Of a stretch of DNA of 64,000 nucleotides, positions 38,752 to 51,232 are shown piece after piece. Both the position numbers and the translations under genes were made by a program. Source of the stretch: Macrostomum lignano (Eukaryota); NCBI GenBank assembly GCA_002269645.1, contig NIVC01001230.1, forward strand, positions 1 through 64,000, written 5' to 3'. Position 1 is the first letter of the stretch, and the number at the start of each line of letters is the position of its first letter. Under the pieces are notes generated by a model, which was not told the DNA's origin, did not search any database, and saw only the letters and a program-made list of their open reading frames with translations.

Positions 38752-41598
38752 ATGTTGCGGCCGTTGATTCTTGCGCTGCTCCCGGCGCTACTGCTGGCAT
38801 CGTCGGCTGGTCGCGCCGGCAGGCGGGAGAGCTGCTCCAGTCACACCGACTGCGCCAAGTGCGCCACCAGCCAGTCCTGGCTGGGCACCTCCTGCCGATG
38901 GTGCCCCATCGACCTGGCCTGCCACGAGCCCGGCTCCCTCGTCAACAAATGCTCGTCCTCGCAGGTACGGGGGCAGTTCCCTATCCTTACCTAGCCTTTT
39001 GGCAGGTTCAGTCTAACGCGTCTACAAGCTAAATCTTGCGACAAAGTACCGGGTTCGATTCCGTGAGGGGCCGCATTAATTTAGGGCTCGTGCACAGATA
39101 TATTGGCCGCAAGGGGCTTGTCGTCCGATTGGCGCCCTGGAGGACTGATGATGGTAAGAAAGGGTCGCTGTAAGCCTTTGCGCTAACCTTTACAACCAAA
39201 GCGTCTTATAAGTTACATGAGTAATTCTTATTGCTCGATATGGACAACAAAAGCTTTAAAAAAACTTCCCAAAACGAATTGTCTTCCTTGCACTTCAGAG
39301 CTTTTTTTAAATACTTTGAATACTTTTTTGTATTCACGAAGAGATGGAATTTGCCATGAAATTAAGGATTCACACCCAGATACAGTCGACAAGTCAAGCC
39401 TTCCGATGGATATTATATTATGGATACCAAACGAACTAAATGATAAAATCTAGCTCATAATCAAGCTTTATGAGCTTTATGCTAGTTTTGACCTCTCAAA
39501 CTCTATAACTGAGTTTTAAATTACAAGCGTAAGGCGCTTCAATAAGTAATTAAGTTCCATTATGCACAGGAGGTCCTGGACCCCGGCAAGTGCCACGAGC
39601 CGGACAACGGCCACTACGAGTTCGACGCCCGGCTGAGCGAGCTGGCCGCCGCCATCTCGGGCGCTGCCTACGCTCCGGAGCCGGCGCCCTGTCTGGCGAA
39701 CTTCCCGCCGGCGGCGCAGGCAGGTGGAGGCCGTCTAGTTGACGTCGTCAAAGGCGTGGCAGCCTGCGACATGCTGCACGACGAGTGCTCCGGCTTTGTT
39801 GGTGAGTTCTCTAGCTAGATTTGCTGGCTTTGCTCCGAAATAATGTCTCTTTCTCACGGAGGACATGTAAGTAGAGCAAAGACAAAGAATTACTGTTGCA
39901 TGCTTCTGTAATGCTACATCTAAGCCGAAAAGCAAAGTTTTTGATTCTGTTCTACCAACAGCAACAATCAGTCATACAGTATGCATGACAGACAGGCTGC
40001 GGCTCTCTATCACTGCGTCTTCTGTGACGCCGTTCCGCAAATGTCGGAGAGACATCACGCCAGTTCAGACACCCCCTGAGCGGGAAGTCATCAAAAATGC
40101 AGACTTAGCCACCTGTCGTGACGTCGGCGACTCCAGCAGGTAGGTTGCAGAATCTTGTCAAGTCCTGCTGGTCACAGCTGATAAAAGAGTTGCAGCTGCT
40201 GACGCCAGAACTTCAGATTCTGACGTTCGATCCCAAGTCTTGAGGCGCACCCTGTGACGCTTTTCCTACTCTGTTTTGCTGCTGTTTGTTTTCAAGTTCG
40301 AGTTTGCTGGGCAAAACCCCCATACAGACTTAAAGAAGTCATTGATAAAGAGAAACAAAAATAAAAGTTCCAAAACCTAAACCACAGGCCGCCTGCCGGA
40401 CCGCAAGCTGATCGTGCTCGCCTTTCGTGGCACCACCGGCAGCAGCCAACTGCTGGTTGAGGGCCTCATGGGCCTCGCCATGCCCAAGGAGGCCTTCCCG
40501 ATCGGCGGCAAAGTACAGGCGTACTTTAGCAACGGATTCAAAGCGCTCTGGCCGCAGCTTCACGAGCCGACACTGGCGCTGATGCGGGCCAACCCTGACC
40601 ACAGCCTGTTGGTCACCGGACACTCACTCGGAGGCGCGATGGCGGCCCTCGCAGCAGCCAGTCTGGCCGCCATTGATGGCGTGACGCCCGGCCGTCTGGT
40701 CTTCTACTCGTTCGGCGAGCCAAGAGTTGGTGACTATTTCTTTGCCAGGGCATTCGACAGGCTGGTGCCCAACAGCTGGCGAGTAGTGCACGGAAATGTG
40801 AGACTATTGGAAATCTTGCTCAATGAGGAACTGCTCAGATGGCCAAGTGCTCTCAATGAGGAATTGATCAGATGGCCAAGTGCTGTCAATGAGGAGTTGC
40901 TCAGATGGCCAAGTGCTGTCAATGAGGCATTGCTCAGATGGCCAAGTGCTCTCAATGAGGAATTGATCAGTTGGCCAAGTGCTCTCAATGAGGAGTTGCT
41001 CAGATGGCCAAGTGCTCTCAATGAGGAATTGATCAGATGGCCAAGTGCTCTCAATGAGGAGTTGCTCAGATGGCCAAGTGCTCTCAATGAGGCATTGCTC
41101 AGATGGCCAAGTGCTCTCAATGAGGCATTGCTCAGATGGCCAAATGCTCTCAATATGAGGCATTTCCTCAGCTAGTCTAATAAGAAACCGTGATTCCAAG
41201 ATAAAAAATGTGCTCAAACTCTCCAGGACCTCATCGTGCACCTGCCAATCTGCTCGCCGGTGATGCTGTCGAGCCGCGGCGTCTCCCGTCTGGTTGCGCC
41301 CTTCAGCTGCTCCGGGCACCTCGGCTTCCCCTACCATCACGGCACCGAGGTCTTCTTTGCGAGAACTGCCGACATGCTGCCCGGCAGCGGCGGCCACCGC
41401 ATCTGCACCGGCACGCCGATTAACGAGGACAGCAGCTGCGCCAACTCCTCGGACAACTGGCGGTCCTGCCTGAGCCCTTCAAACCTGATGGCCTGCGTGG
41501 AGGCGCACAAGAATTACTACGGAATTCACCTGGGCGGCTGGTGGAAGGAGAACCAGTGCACCGGGCTCTCTTTCAACAATGACAATACGCGTCTCTGA
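38752..41598 (+). CDS. Secreted class-3 (fungal-type) lipase with an N-terminal Cys-rich PSI-like module. Exons: 38752-38964, 39570-39801, 40388-40797, 41227-41598
   Basis: Signal peptide; C..H..C..C...C.WC...C...C module; AFRGT, VTGHSLGG (Ser), FGEPRVG, DLIVHLP (Asp), YHHGTEV and HKNYYG (His). Confidence 0.92.
40820..41155. repeat. 33-bp minisatellite (AATGAGGAATTGCTCAGATGGCCAAGTGCTCTC)n in lipase intron 3
   Basis: Direct tandem repeat. Confidence 0.93.
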
Positions 41599-41814
41599 TA
41601 ATGTAGCTGATGGCGATGAAACTCATCGAGTTGAATAAATAAGCGGTGCCTCATTTGTGGTCTGACCTTGACGCGGCTGCGCTTGCTTGTCTGCAAACTT
41701 ATTCGTAAACTGAAACAAGGAATCATTTCATTGTGCACGACAGATCAGCTCTTTGTTGAAAGGACTGATACTGATGATAGGAGTGCATCGATGTTGGGAT
41801 ATTGTCTGGCTTGA

Positions 41815-42140
41815 GGATCTGGGAGGCTGGTCCAGCAACTGAGGATCTAAGAAACTGGCCCAGCAACTGAGGATCTAAGAAACTGGCCCAGCAACTGAGG
41901 ATCTAAGAAACTGGCCCAGCAACTGAGGATCTAAGAGGCTGGCCCAGCAACTGATGATCTGAGAGGCTGGCCCAGCAACTGAGGATCTGGGAGGCTGGCC
42001 CAGCAACTGATGATCTGAGAGGCTGGCCCAGCAACTGAGGATCTGGAAGGGCGGCCCAGCAACTGATGATCTGAGAGGCTGGCCCAGCAACTGAGGATCT
42101 GGAAGGGCGGCCCAACAACTGAGAATCTGGGAAGTTGGCA
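41815..42140. repeat. 28-bp minisatellite (GGCTGGCCCAGCAACTGAGGATCTGAGA)n downstream of the lipase stop codon
   Basis: Degenerate tandem repeat. Confidence 0.9.
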
Positions 42141-42549
42141 GCCAAACAATGCAAGGTTTTAATAATTTTAAATGCTTGTGAAGCAGTATTAGCTGTGAGC
42201 ACAAATGATACCCGGAATTTTAAAGCATTTACAGAGACCTTTCTTCAAAAAGCGCATCAAAAATCTCACTTGTATAAGTACATTATATTTGTATTGTTTA
42301 CAGTACTTGGCTGCGTAAGGAAAAACTAGTTTTTTTACAAGCGTTAATAAACAGTAAAAGTACATATAATTACAATAAAACAAAAGCTTATATCACCAGC
42401 TTATCATCAAACTGCAGGCAATCCAGTCAACTGCAATTGTTACTTGTCATCCTAGAAAAATAGAAGCGGCCTAAGAATATTAAGTACTTAATGTATTGTG
42501 ATTAATTGTATTAGACATGACAAGAGTACATACGCAGTAACGAAAATAA

Positions 42550-44118
42550 CTCTGTTGGCTAGATTAGCTATCCATTCTATTCATTCACTTCTGATTGGCT
42601 AGATTAGCAATCCATTCTATTCATTCACCTGATTGGCTAGATTAGCAATCCATTCTATTCATTCACTTCTGATTGGCTAGATTAGCAATCCATTCTATTC
42701 ATTCACTTCTGATTGGCTAGATTAGCAATCCATTCTATTAATTCACCTGATTGGCTAGATTAGCAATCCATTCTACTCATTCACTTCTGATTGGCTAGAT
42801 TAGCTATCCATTCTATTCATTCACCTGATTGGCTAGATTAGCAATCCATTCTATTAAATCACCTGATTGGCTAGATTAGCAATCCATTCTATTAATTCAC
42901 CTCTGATTGGCTAGATTAGCAATCCATTCTACTCATTCACTTCTGATTGGCTAGATTAGCAATCCATTCTATTCATTCACTTCTGATTGGCTAGATTAGC
43001 AATCCATTCTATTAATTCACCTCTGATTGGCTAGATTAGCAATCCATTCTACTCATTCACTTCTGATTGGCTAGATTAGCAATCCATTCTACTCATTCAC
43101 CTCTGATTGGCTAGATTAGCAATCCATTCTATTAAATCACCTGATTGGCTAGATTAGCAATCCATTCTATTAATTCACCTCTGATTGGCTAGATTAGCAA
43201 TCCATTCTACTCATTCACCTCTGATTGGCTAGATTAGCAATCCATTCTATTAATTCACCTGATTGGCTAGATTAGCAATCCATTCTATTAAATCACCTGA
43301 TTGGCTAGATTAGCAATCCATTCTATTAAATCACCTGATTGGCTAGATTAGCAATCCATTCTATTAAATCACCTGATTGGCTAGATTAGCAATCCATTCT
43401 ATTAAATCACCTGATTGGCTAGATTAGCAATCCATTCTATTCATTCACTTCTGATTGGCTAGATTAGCAATCCATTCTACTCATTCACCTCTGATTGGCT
43501 AGATTAGCAATCCATTCTATTAATTCACCTGATTGGCTAGATTAGCAATCCATTCTATTAAATCACCTGATTGGCTAGATTAGCAATCCATTCTACTCAT
43601 TCACCTCTGATTGGCTAGATTAGCAATCCATTCTATTAATTCACCTGATTGGCTAGATTAGCAATCCATTCTATTCATTCACCCCTGATTGGCTAGATTA
43701 GCAATCCATTCTACTCATTCACCTCTGATCGGCTAGATTAGCAATCCATTCTATTCATTCACTTCTGATTGGCTAGATTAGCAATCCATTCTACTCATTC
43801 ACCTCTGATCGGCTAGATTAGCAATCCATTCTATTCATTCACCTCTGATTGGCTAGATTAGCAATCCATTCTACTCATTCACCTGATTGGCTAGATTAGC
43901 AATCCATTCTACTCATTCACCTCTGATTGGCTAGATTAGCAATCCATTCTATTAATTCACCTCTGATCGGCTAGATTAGCAATCCATTCTATTAATTCAC
44001 CTGATTGGCTAGATTAGCAATCCATTCTATTCATTCACCTCTGATTGGCTAGATTAGCAATCCATTCTATTCATTCACCTCTGATTGGCTAGATTAGCAA
44101 TCCATTCTATTTATTCAC
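42550..44118. repeat. 38-40-bp satellite (TTCACCTCTGATTGGCTAGATTAGCAATCCATTCTATTCA)n, about 40 copies
   Basis: Direct tandem repeat between the convergent lipase and PCS genes. Confidence 0.96.
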
Positions 44119-44849
44119 GTCAGAGCAGAACACATGGCGAGTAATTCTCATTAAAAAAAGTATAGAAATCAGATGCAAAACTTGCAATTTTGCTTGATGA
44201 AAGCAATGAAAAACAAATACTTAGATTGTAATATTTAAAAATTGCATAATTCCATCAAAAAAGTGAATTGGGTTTTTTTAAAATGCAGAATATTATAATT
44301 AGGTTAGCTACAGTTGGTTGTTGCATCATGATTAGCAATTCCGTAGAAATTTAAAACGGCCCTTTTAAGGCACTTCATTTCAAACAAAGCACAGCTCCGG
44401 TTTTTGATTCCAGACGACTCTAAAACGAACAGATATCACGGTAAAAGTTGCCAAATTGTCGTCAAAGAGTCGCCTAAGAGTCAATTTGAGGCGTTTTATT
44501 GTCTGCGACTCCGAAGCCGTAGAGTCGTTTCTGAGGCATGTTGGAGTCGCTGTAGAACCACAGAGTTGCGGCTAAAGCGGATCTGCGTCAATTTATTATA
44601 ATTTATAATTATCTAGAATCGCATGTTGCATTTAAGTAAAAAGTTAAGCGACTTGCAAACAATATTTTTGCGACTTAACAGTCACCTCTCCGTCGCATTA
44701 CAGTCGTTTGGGTCATTAAAAAGTCACAAGAGTTGCCAGTGAGCTGTTTGAAATGACTCCTTAGCCGTTCTTCTCGCGATAACGTTTTCAACGGGTAAAT
44801 CAATGCCCCGAAAAGGGCCGTTTTTGTAAAAAATGCGCAAATTCCAAAT

Positions 44850-46762
44850 TCACGAGACTCGCACGGGCGCTATCTCGAATATTGTCGATAGCTGATTGCG
44901 CAACAGCTGCACCTCCGTTGCTAGGCGGTTCGGCGCGCAGCGCAGCACCCAATCGCGCGCCTCCGCTAGCAGAGCGGCACGGGCCGAACCCGGCGGCATC
45001 GGCCAAGCCAGCAGCGTCAGGAGGGCCAGCGAGCCGTCCGCACCGCCGCAGCCGTTGTCGCCTTCAAGCTGGACATCCGCGGCCACGCCTGCGGCGGCTG
45101 CGCTTTGCCTCAGGCCGGCGAGGAAGGCGTCGCCGACCGGGCCGAGCGCCGGCAGCGAGCGCAGCGCCGCCAGCACAGCCTCGGCATCCGCGTCCGCCGC
45201 GGCCTGACGCTGCCGACTGAGAACGGCCTCGGCCAACCGGTGGCGGCCGCACAGCCGGCCCAGCTGCCCGGCCGCCTGCGACAGGGCCGCGATAGCGTCA
45301 CTCATCTCTCTGATCTGATTGGCTGGCGCACCCACCTCAACCTCCGCGGCCAGCCAGTCCTCAAAGTCGCGCGCCAGCCGCAGCAGCGGCGAGTCCGGCT
45401 GCCGGACGCCAGTGGCGAATCGCTGCGAGACGCGGAAGGCGGTGAGGCCCGGGGCCTTGGCCAGCACGCAGTAGCCGCGCGGCCGTCCAGTGGCCGAGTC
45501 TGGCAGCTTCAACGCATCCCAGAGCTGGCGCAGCGGCACCCAATGCGACGGATACTTGAACCGGGCCGTGTCGAATATGAGCACGAGCTGCCTGTCCGGG
45601 TGGAAGCCACCGATCGGGGCGAAGTGGCCGTCCCCGGTCTGGCCGAGCGCTCGCCGGCTGTAGCTGGCCACCAGGATGCAGCCGTCCGTGCGGCTGCAGT
45701 CGCGAACGGTCGCTTCGAATTCGGCGAGGCCGGCGGCGTCGGCTTGAGGATCGGCGTCGAAGGCGGGATGCACCAGGCGGCGCACCTGGAGCGAATTGCA
45801 GCCAGCCAGGCAGGCAAATTCAGCCAGGGTCAGGCCGTGCTTGCGGACCCGGTCCACCTGTGGGCGCAAGTCAAGTATTTTCGCATATTTTACTTATATT
45901 TCTACTCTAAGTAGCTGAACAAAAAAAATTAATACTATTTTTACATTTCTACTAACAGTAGGGTCATTAGTATATGCATTTTTTAATTACTGAACAACGC
46001 AAAATTACAAGCACAATAGCAAGTCCCGTGGGGGGACAAGGAGGTCACAGGGATAAGTTGCCCTGCCAAATCCTGTGGGGGGACAAGGGGATCACGGGGA
46101 ATAGTTGACCCTGCTATATCCTGTGGGGGGACAAGGAGGTCACGGGGATTAGTTGACCCTGCTATATCCTGTGGGGGGACAAAGAGGTCAGGGGGATTAG
46201 AAGAGCCTGCTATATCCTGTGGGAGGGACAAGGGGTCACGGGGATTAGAAGACCCTGCTATATCCTGTGGGGAACAAGGGGGTCAGCTGACCCTCCCCAG
46301 GGAAAACCGTGGATCTGGGTTCCTTCCCGACTGTTTGTCCTGCCTCACCTGCACGCAGCAGTCCAGCATCTCTTCGTGAAACCATCGCCAGGGACCTTTC
46401 CAAACTTTTCCAGGATCCACCTCCAGGCTATTGAGGCACATCACCAGCGTTGCCAGGCCGCAGAATGACGGATCGTCCTGGGTTCGATACTGCGAAGCCA
46501 GGGAAAAATAGCCTTCCATGAAGCCGGCCTCAAGGGCCTCGCGGAATACTTGCTTGCCCTCGGGGCTGCCGAATGCCACGCAGTTGGCTGGCAGGGCTCG
46601 CCTGTAGAACTGCACGGCCGCTGGCTGCAGTGGGGCCGGGCTGGCAGGGGAGGCCCCGCCAGAGGCTGCTGTTGCTGAGTTGCCAGCAAAGCGATTCAAT
46701 AGCCGAGGCAGAGCTGCGGCTGGATTTGGGCGAATGCATCGCAGCAGCAGACAGTGAAGCAT
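44850..46762 (-). CDS. PCS1: Phytochelatin synthase, about 473 aa. Exons: 46762-46349, 45857-44850
   Basis: [27 protein letters not shown] (catalytic Cys), [22 protein letters not shown] (His), [15 protein letters not shown] (Asp). One GT-AG intron. Confidence 0.96.
46020..46290. repeat. ~48-bp minisatellite in the PCS intron
   Basis: Repeats of GGGGGACAAGGAGGTCACGGGGATTAGTTGACCCTGCTATATCCTGTG. Confidence 0.88.
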
Positions 46763-47699
46763 TCTGGTCAGTGAGGTGGCTTGCTGTTTGCATGCGTACA
46801 CCAGCTGTCATAGGATTGTTGCCTGAATATGCTTTAGCTAAATACTCCACTGCAATATATGAAATTGAAGATGGTTGATTATTGTTTATAAATTTAGATT
46901 TGAATAGTCTCTTTTGTGCTTATTATTCTTTACAAAATTATTTTAGCTTAAGCCCAGATACTAATAGAAGTGATGCAAATTCACTTAACCAAGAGGAATT
47001 AATTAGTCTAAGCTCACCTTCATGGACAACTGAAGTTACGTTATATATAGGACGCGACACTCAGCTTTCATGGAAATTTTTTTGGAGGCCCGTAAGCCAT
47101 ATAAAGTTCTACGTACATAAGCCTAGGATTCGACTGCTACAAATAGAGCACAGGACTGTGTGTGTTGTAATAAACCATTCAGGTTTTCGTTTCTTACTAA
47201 ACTTGATAAGCTGACTTCACCTACTAATTAAAACAATTATACCACGTTCCCTTAATGGCCAATAACAATATGCATTTTTTAATTTGGATTTGTGAAATAC
47301 TGGTTTTCTTGTTTTCTTTTTTGCTGACAAACAATGTTTCTTTATATCACAAATGGCAACAAGAGACCATGTTTACAAAGCAAATTTTTAATACTTTTCA
47401 TAGCTGTAGGTTGCAAATACCATTGCATCTAAAAGTAAATTTTGTGTTCTGAAAAATAACATATAGAACATCAAATTTGATATGAAAAAACGGTCTAGGA
47501 ATCTTCCATCATGAAAGCTTGGCTTGTTTATAGTTGACTGGGTATGGTCTCCTATTATATTCTAATACAAGTCAAGAAAATAGTGCCAATTTTTTCAAAG
47601 TCACTTTCTTGCCTTTTTGGGTTTCTCAAATTTTTAGGCCTACACTCTAGAAATTGACATTAAAATGGAAGCCTTATTTCTATGTATTTCTATGTCATG

Positions 47700-47885
47700 C
47701 AGTAGCGCAACCAGAAATTTTTCAAGGGGGGAGGTGGATTCTAAGGGTAAAGTCCCGGGAGGGGGGCGGCGGTGGAGGGGTGGCTCTGTTTTTGGCAAAA
47801 ATTCGCTTGGTCCCCCTTTTGATTTTTTTTCGGTCCCCCGCCTAAGGGGGGAGGCGACCGCCCCCCCCCCCTGGTTGCGCCACTG
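47700..47885. mobile_element. hAT-type MITE, 186 bp, nested in the P element
   Basis: TIRs CAGTAGCGCAACCAG / CTGGTTGCGCCACTG; 8-bp TSD ATGTCATG at 47692-47699 and 47886-47893. Confidence 0.92.
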
Positions 47886-48282
47886 ATGTCATGTCTGTTA
47901 TTGTAATTAAAACTGAAATATTTCTATTAGTAAAAACCTTATTTATGTTAATGACTACCCCTAGTAGTTAGAAAGTTTTAAAGCCATGTTTTTCATTAAA
48001 TAGGCCCTAGCTTGTTTATTAACTAACACTTGTAATTTATTTGAAAATTTTAATTTGTATTAATTTGTATAATATAAAAAAAGTTGTATAAACTGATTGG
48101 TATTAATGCATGTACTAAATATTATAAACACTAAAAGGCCTATATTATAAGTAAAACCTATAAGAAATCCTTGACCAATAAAATTTCATCTAAATAGGTT
48201 ATTAAATGATATACAAGGTTCATAAACATATAAATGTGCAATTTTTACTTCTTTATTTGCTTTCAGATGGCACATAATTATC

Positions 48283-51232
48283 ATGACTCGTAAATGTTGT
48301 ATTCCTGGCTGTTTTTCAAACTATAAAAGTGGAGAAAAAGCAACAGTCTATCGATTTCCATCAAACAGTGAGGAACATGGCAAATGGCTTGCTGCACTTC
48401 CCACTCAAGTAAAGGTAGCTGAGTTTAAAAGTGTGAACTACTTTGGTCCTATCTATATTATGCAATATGATAGACAGAAAATGCTATAATATTTCAATGA
48501 CATTATATCATTCCAGAATGTCACCAAACACATGGGAATATGCAAAAAGCATTGGCCAAAGGATGCAAGGCTTACAAAAGTCAAGCAATATTTTCGACAT
48601 ATTGACCCACCATCTGTCTTTATGTGCCCACCTAGTTCTATGCGGCAAACATTTGCAGGTACATTTTTGCAAAAGTTCTTTAAATAATGCTTTCAATGCT
48701 TTTTTAATGCTTTTTTAAGTCAGCGCTGTCACTCAATTGCATTATTTCAGTGTCATCTAGAAATGTGACTGAACATTGTATTCTGGCCTCACATCGTCAA
48801 CAAATGCCTGATGAACTACAGGACTTTAATATCCAGGATAGAATTGGAGGCTGGGAGAACTTTGTATCTGCTGTGGCAGATGACAAGCTAGCCTGGATGT
48901 CCAGTTGGTTGGTCCAACGCGAGGAGGGTTGCTTTACTTTTCTTAAAGTTCTGTCTCGCGTTGTCGAATGTTCCATCACTGTTACTGTTCAATTCCATGT
49001 CACTGCATACCGACGAAACACACCTGTTCATGTTGCCAATTTACTTGGCTTTCAAAGTCACTTAGAACATTACAGTCAATTGGAGGCTGTCGCAAATCGT
49101 GTCAGACAAGCTAATGTCTCATTAAAAAACGAAGTCTCTGCTCATGTAGAAGAACTAAGAACTGCATGTCTGGAATCTGGTAGCGGACATCAGGGTCAAT
49201 ATTTCCTACTTCACCAGCTGGAGTTAAGCACTATTCTTTCATCTGGTGTACGGTATACATCCGAGGATATCCTGATCGCAGCACGACTGTACTTCTCCAG
49301 GAAAAACGCATACTGTACGCTACGAAACATTGCATCACTGCCTCATCCAGTTACACTAAAGCGCTATCTTGGAGGTCTAGGCATGGTTGGAAGTACTACC
49401 GACTGTAAGCTTGTTGTTCAGGCGCATTTTGCTGAAGCGACTCCGTTGCAGAAACTGTGTTCAATTGTTTTCGATGAAGTTTATGTTCTGCCATCCATCA
49501 GGCTGCGTGGATATTGTGGGTTACGCTGAAGACAACCCTACAGAACTGGCGCGCACTATTCTTGCTATATTGATCAAGCCAGTCATGGGTGCCGCAGCAT
49601 TTGTCGCTCGCCTTGTTCCTATATATAGCCTGAAGCCAGCCTTTCTTTATCAGGTGGTTCTAACAACAATATCTATAGTTCACAAATGTGGCAGCAAAGT
49701 TTTGAGTCTAATTTGTGATAATCACTTCACCAATCGCAGCTGCTTCAATCTATTTCATCCTGATCCAGCCTCTCCATGGAAGGCCATTAATCCATTTGAT
49801 CAGACACAGCCATTATTTCTACTCTACGATACAGTTCATATTTTAAAGAATTTATTCACAATATTTATTCGCAATAATTGGCTTACTCAGGCGTTTGGAG
49901 AGATCGAATTCTGTTCAGCGTCCGGGCTGTCGGCACAATGTGCTAAATAGAGCCATATTTCCAGCTTAGAGAAAAAGTGTCGCAAACATATCATTCGCAC
50001 CACCAATCTGAGCTCTGTAGCCTGCAATCTAATGCCACTGGGACGGCAAAAGGTGTCTTTAGTCCTAGAAGTATTCAACGATAAAATCGCTTGCGCTCTG
50101 TGAGTCTGTGACTACAGTGACACGGCAGATTTCATCAACCAAGTTGTAGATTTCTGGAAGATTGTAAACGTAAAATCACCAGAAGCACATATTATTTCCA
50201 ACGACATTCGGAGAGCACCCATCTCATCTTTGGACTCTGTCAGCTTGAACATCCTTTTGAATTTCGCCTCGATGGTCAACCAAATGAAGGGTGGATGTGG
50301 TCTATCACGCCCTCAGTCACTGACCACGGACACCCAAAAGGCTGTGGTTCAAACTTCTCAAGGCTTAGTGGAACTTTCCAAATTTCTTCTGGCTCAACAC
50401 TCATTCAAGTATGTTCTTCTAGGTAAGTTGATTAATCTTTTTTATTTCCAAATGACGACGCTTATGACTCCTCATAGAATTAATCATATTATTTTGTTAT
50501 TGTTCATTTATATTACTCAACCATCCCTACTTACTCAGGTGAGTTTCAATCGGATCGACTCAAAAGCGAATTCTCCATATACAGGCAAGGGCACAGTGGA
50601 TGCTACTTCATTTCAGTAGAGGAAATATTAATCAGTGCAAAGCTACGCAGGATGCAATTATACTCCTAGCTCAAAGATAAAGCTCCGGAACACCCGCGAG
50701 CAGCTTGTTGCGATGGTGAGCTGTCAGACGACGAACTCGCACATCTCGATGATCTAGTTTCGACTTTGACAGACAGCGCTGAATCCTCCATACCCACTGA
50801 TGAAGAACAGTTGGCACTGTACTATATATGCGGATATGTAGCTCGCAAGGAGCAGATCCCAGTTTCAGAAGACAGTGGCCAAGCTGATTCAATTCTCCAA
50901 TTCAGTTGCCCGCTGATTGTGAGTTCACGCATTTACTATCGAGAGGCAAGCTGCGCGAGCCTCCAGAGTGGCTCCTGGTTTTTGCCGCACTGTGCTACCG
51001 ACTGTTCTCATCACTGCAACTGTGTTGCTCAACTCAATTGGCTTGGATGTTTGTGTTTGTTTTTGATTCTGTCATGGATGTCGAAGTGCCTATCAACAAT
51101 GTACAAGGAATATCTAGGCGATTGGCAAACATTTTTCTAAAAGGACTAGTACGGAGAGAATCAGCCATCTGTTGTGATGCTCCAAATCCTCAAAATCGTA
51201 GGCTGCGAAAGCTACGTCCAGTCTTGTACTAG
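48283..51232 (+). pseudogene. THAP9/P-element-like transposase, spliced, disrupted
   Basis: THAP finger (KCCIPGC...RFP...KW...ICKKHW), IVFDEVY, LICDN, LYDTVHILKN, LALYYICGYVARK. Frameshift near 49510 and an in-frame TAG at 49948-49950. Confidence 0.88.

Noticed and set aside
39000-39080. tRNA gene (GGGTTCGATTCC B-box)
   Set aside because: I could not fold a cloverleaf or find a matching acceptor stem or a clear A-box. At most a SINE or tRNA relic.
19243-46762. Bacterial contamination or recent HGT of endonuclease IV and phytochelatin synthase
   Set aside because: Both have spliceosomal introns filled with host-type minisatellites and the codon style of neighbouring host genes. An ancient transfer cannot be tested here.
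19243-46762. Functional oxidative/metal-stress gene cluster (endonuclease IV, SelT, PCS)
   Set aside because: The genes are interspersed with unrelated ones (CWC15, lipase), and no shared regulatory element was seen. Probably coincidental.
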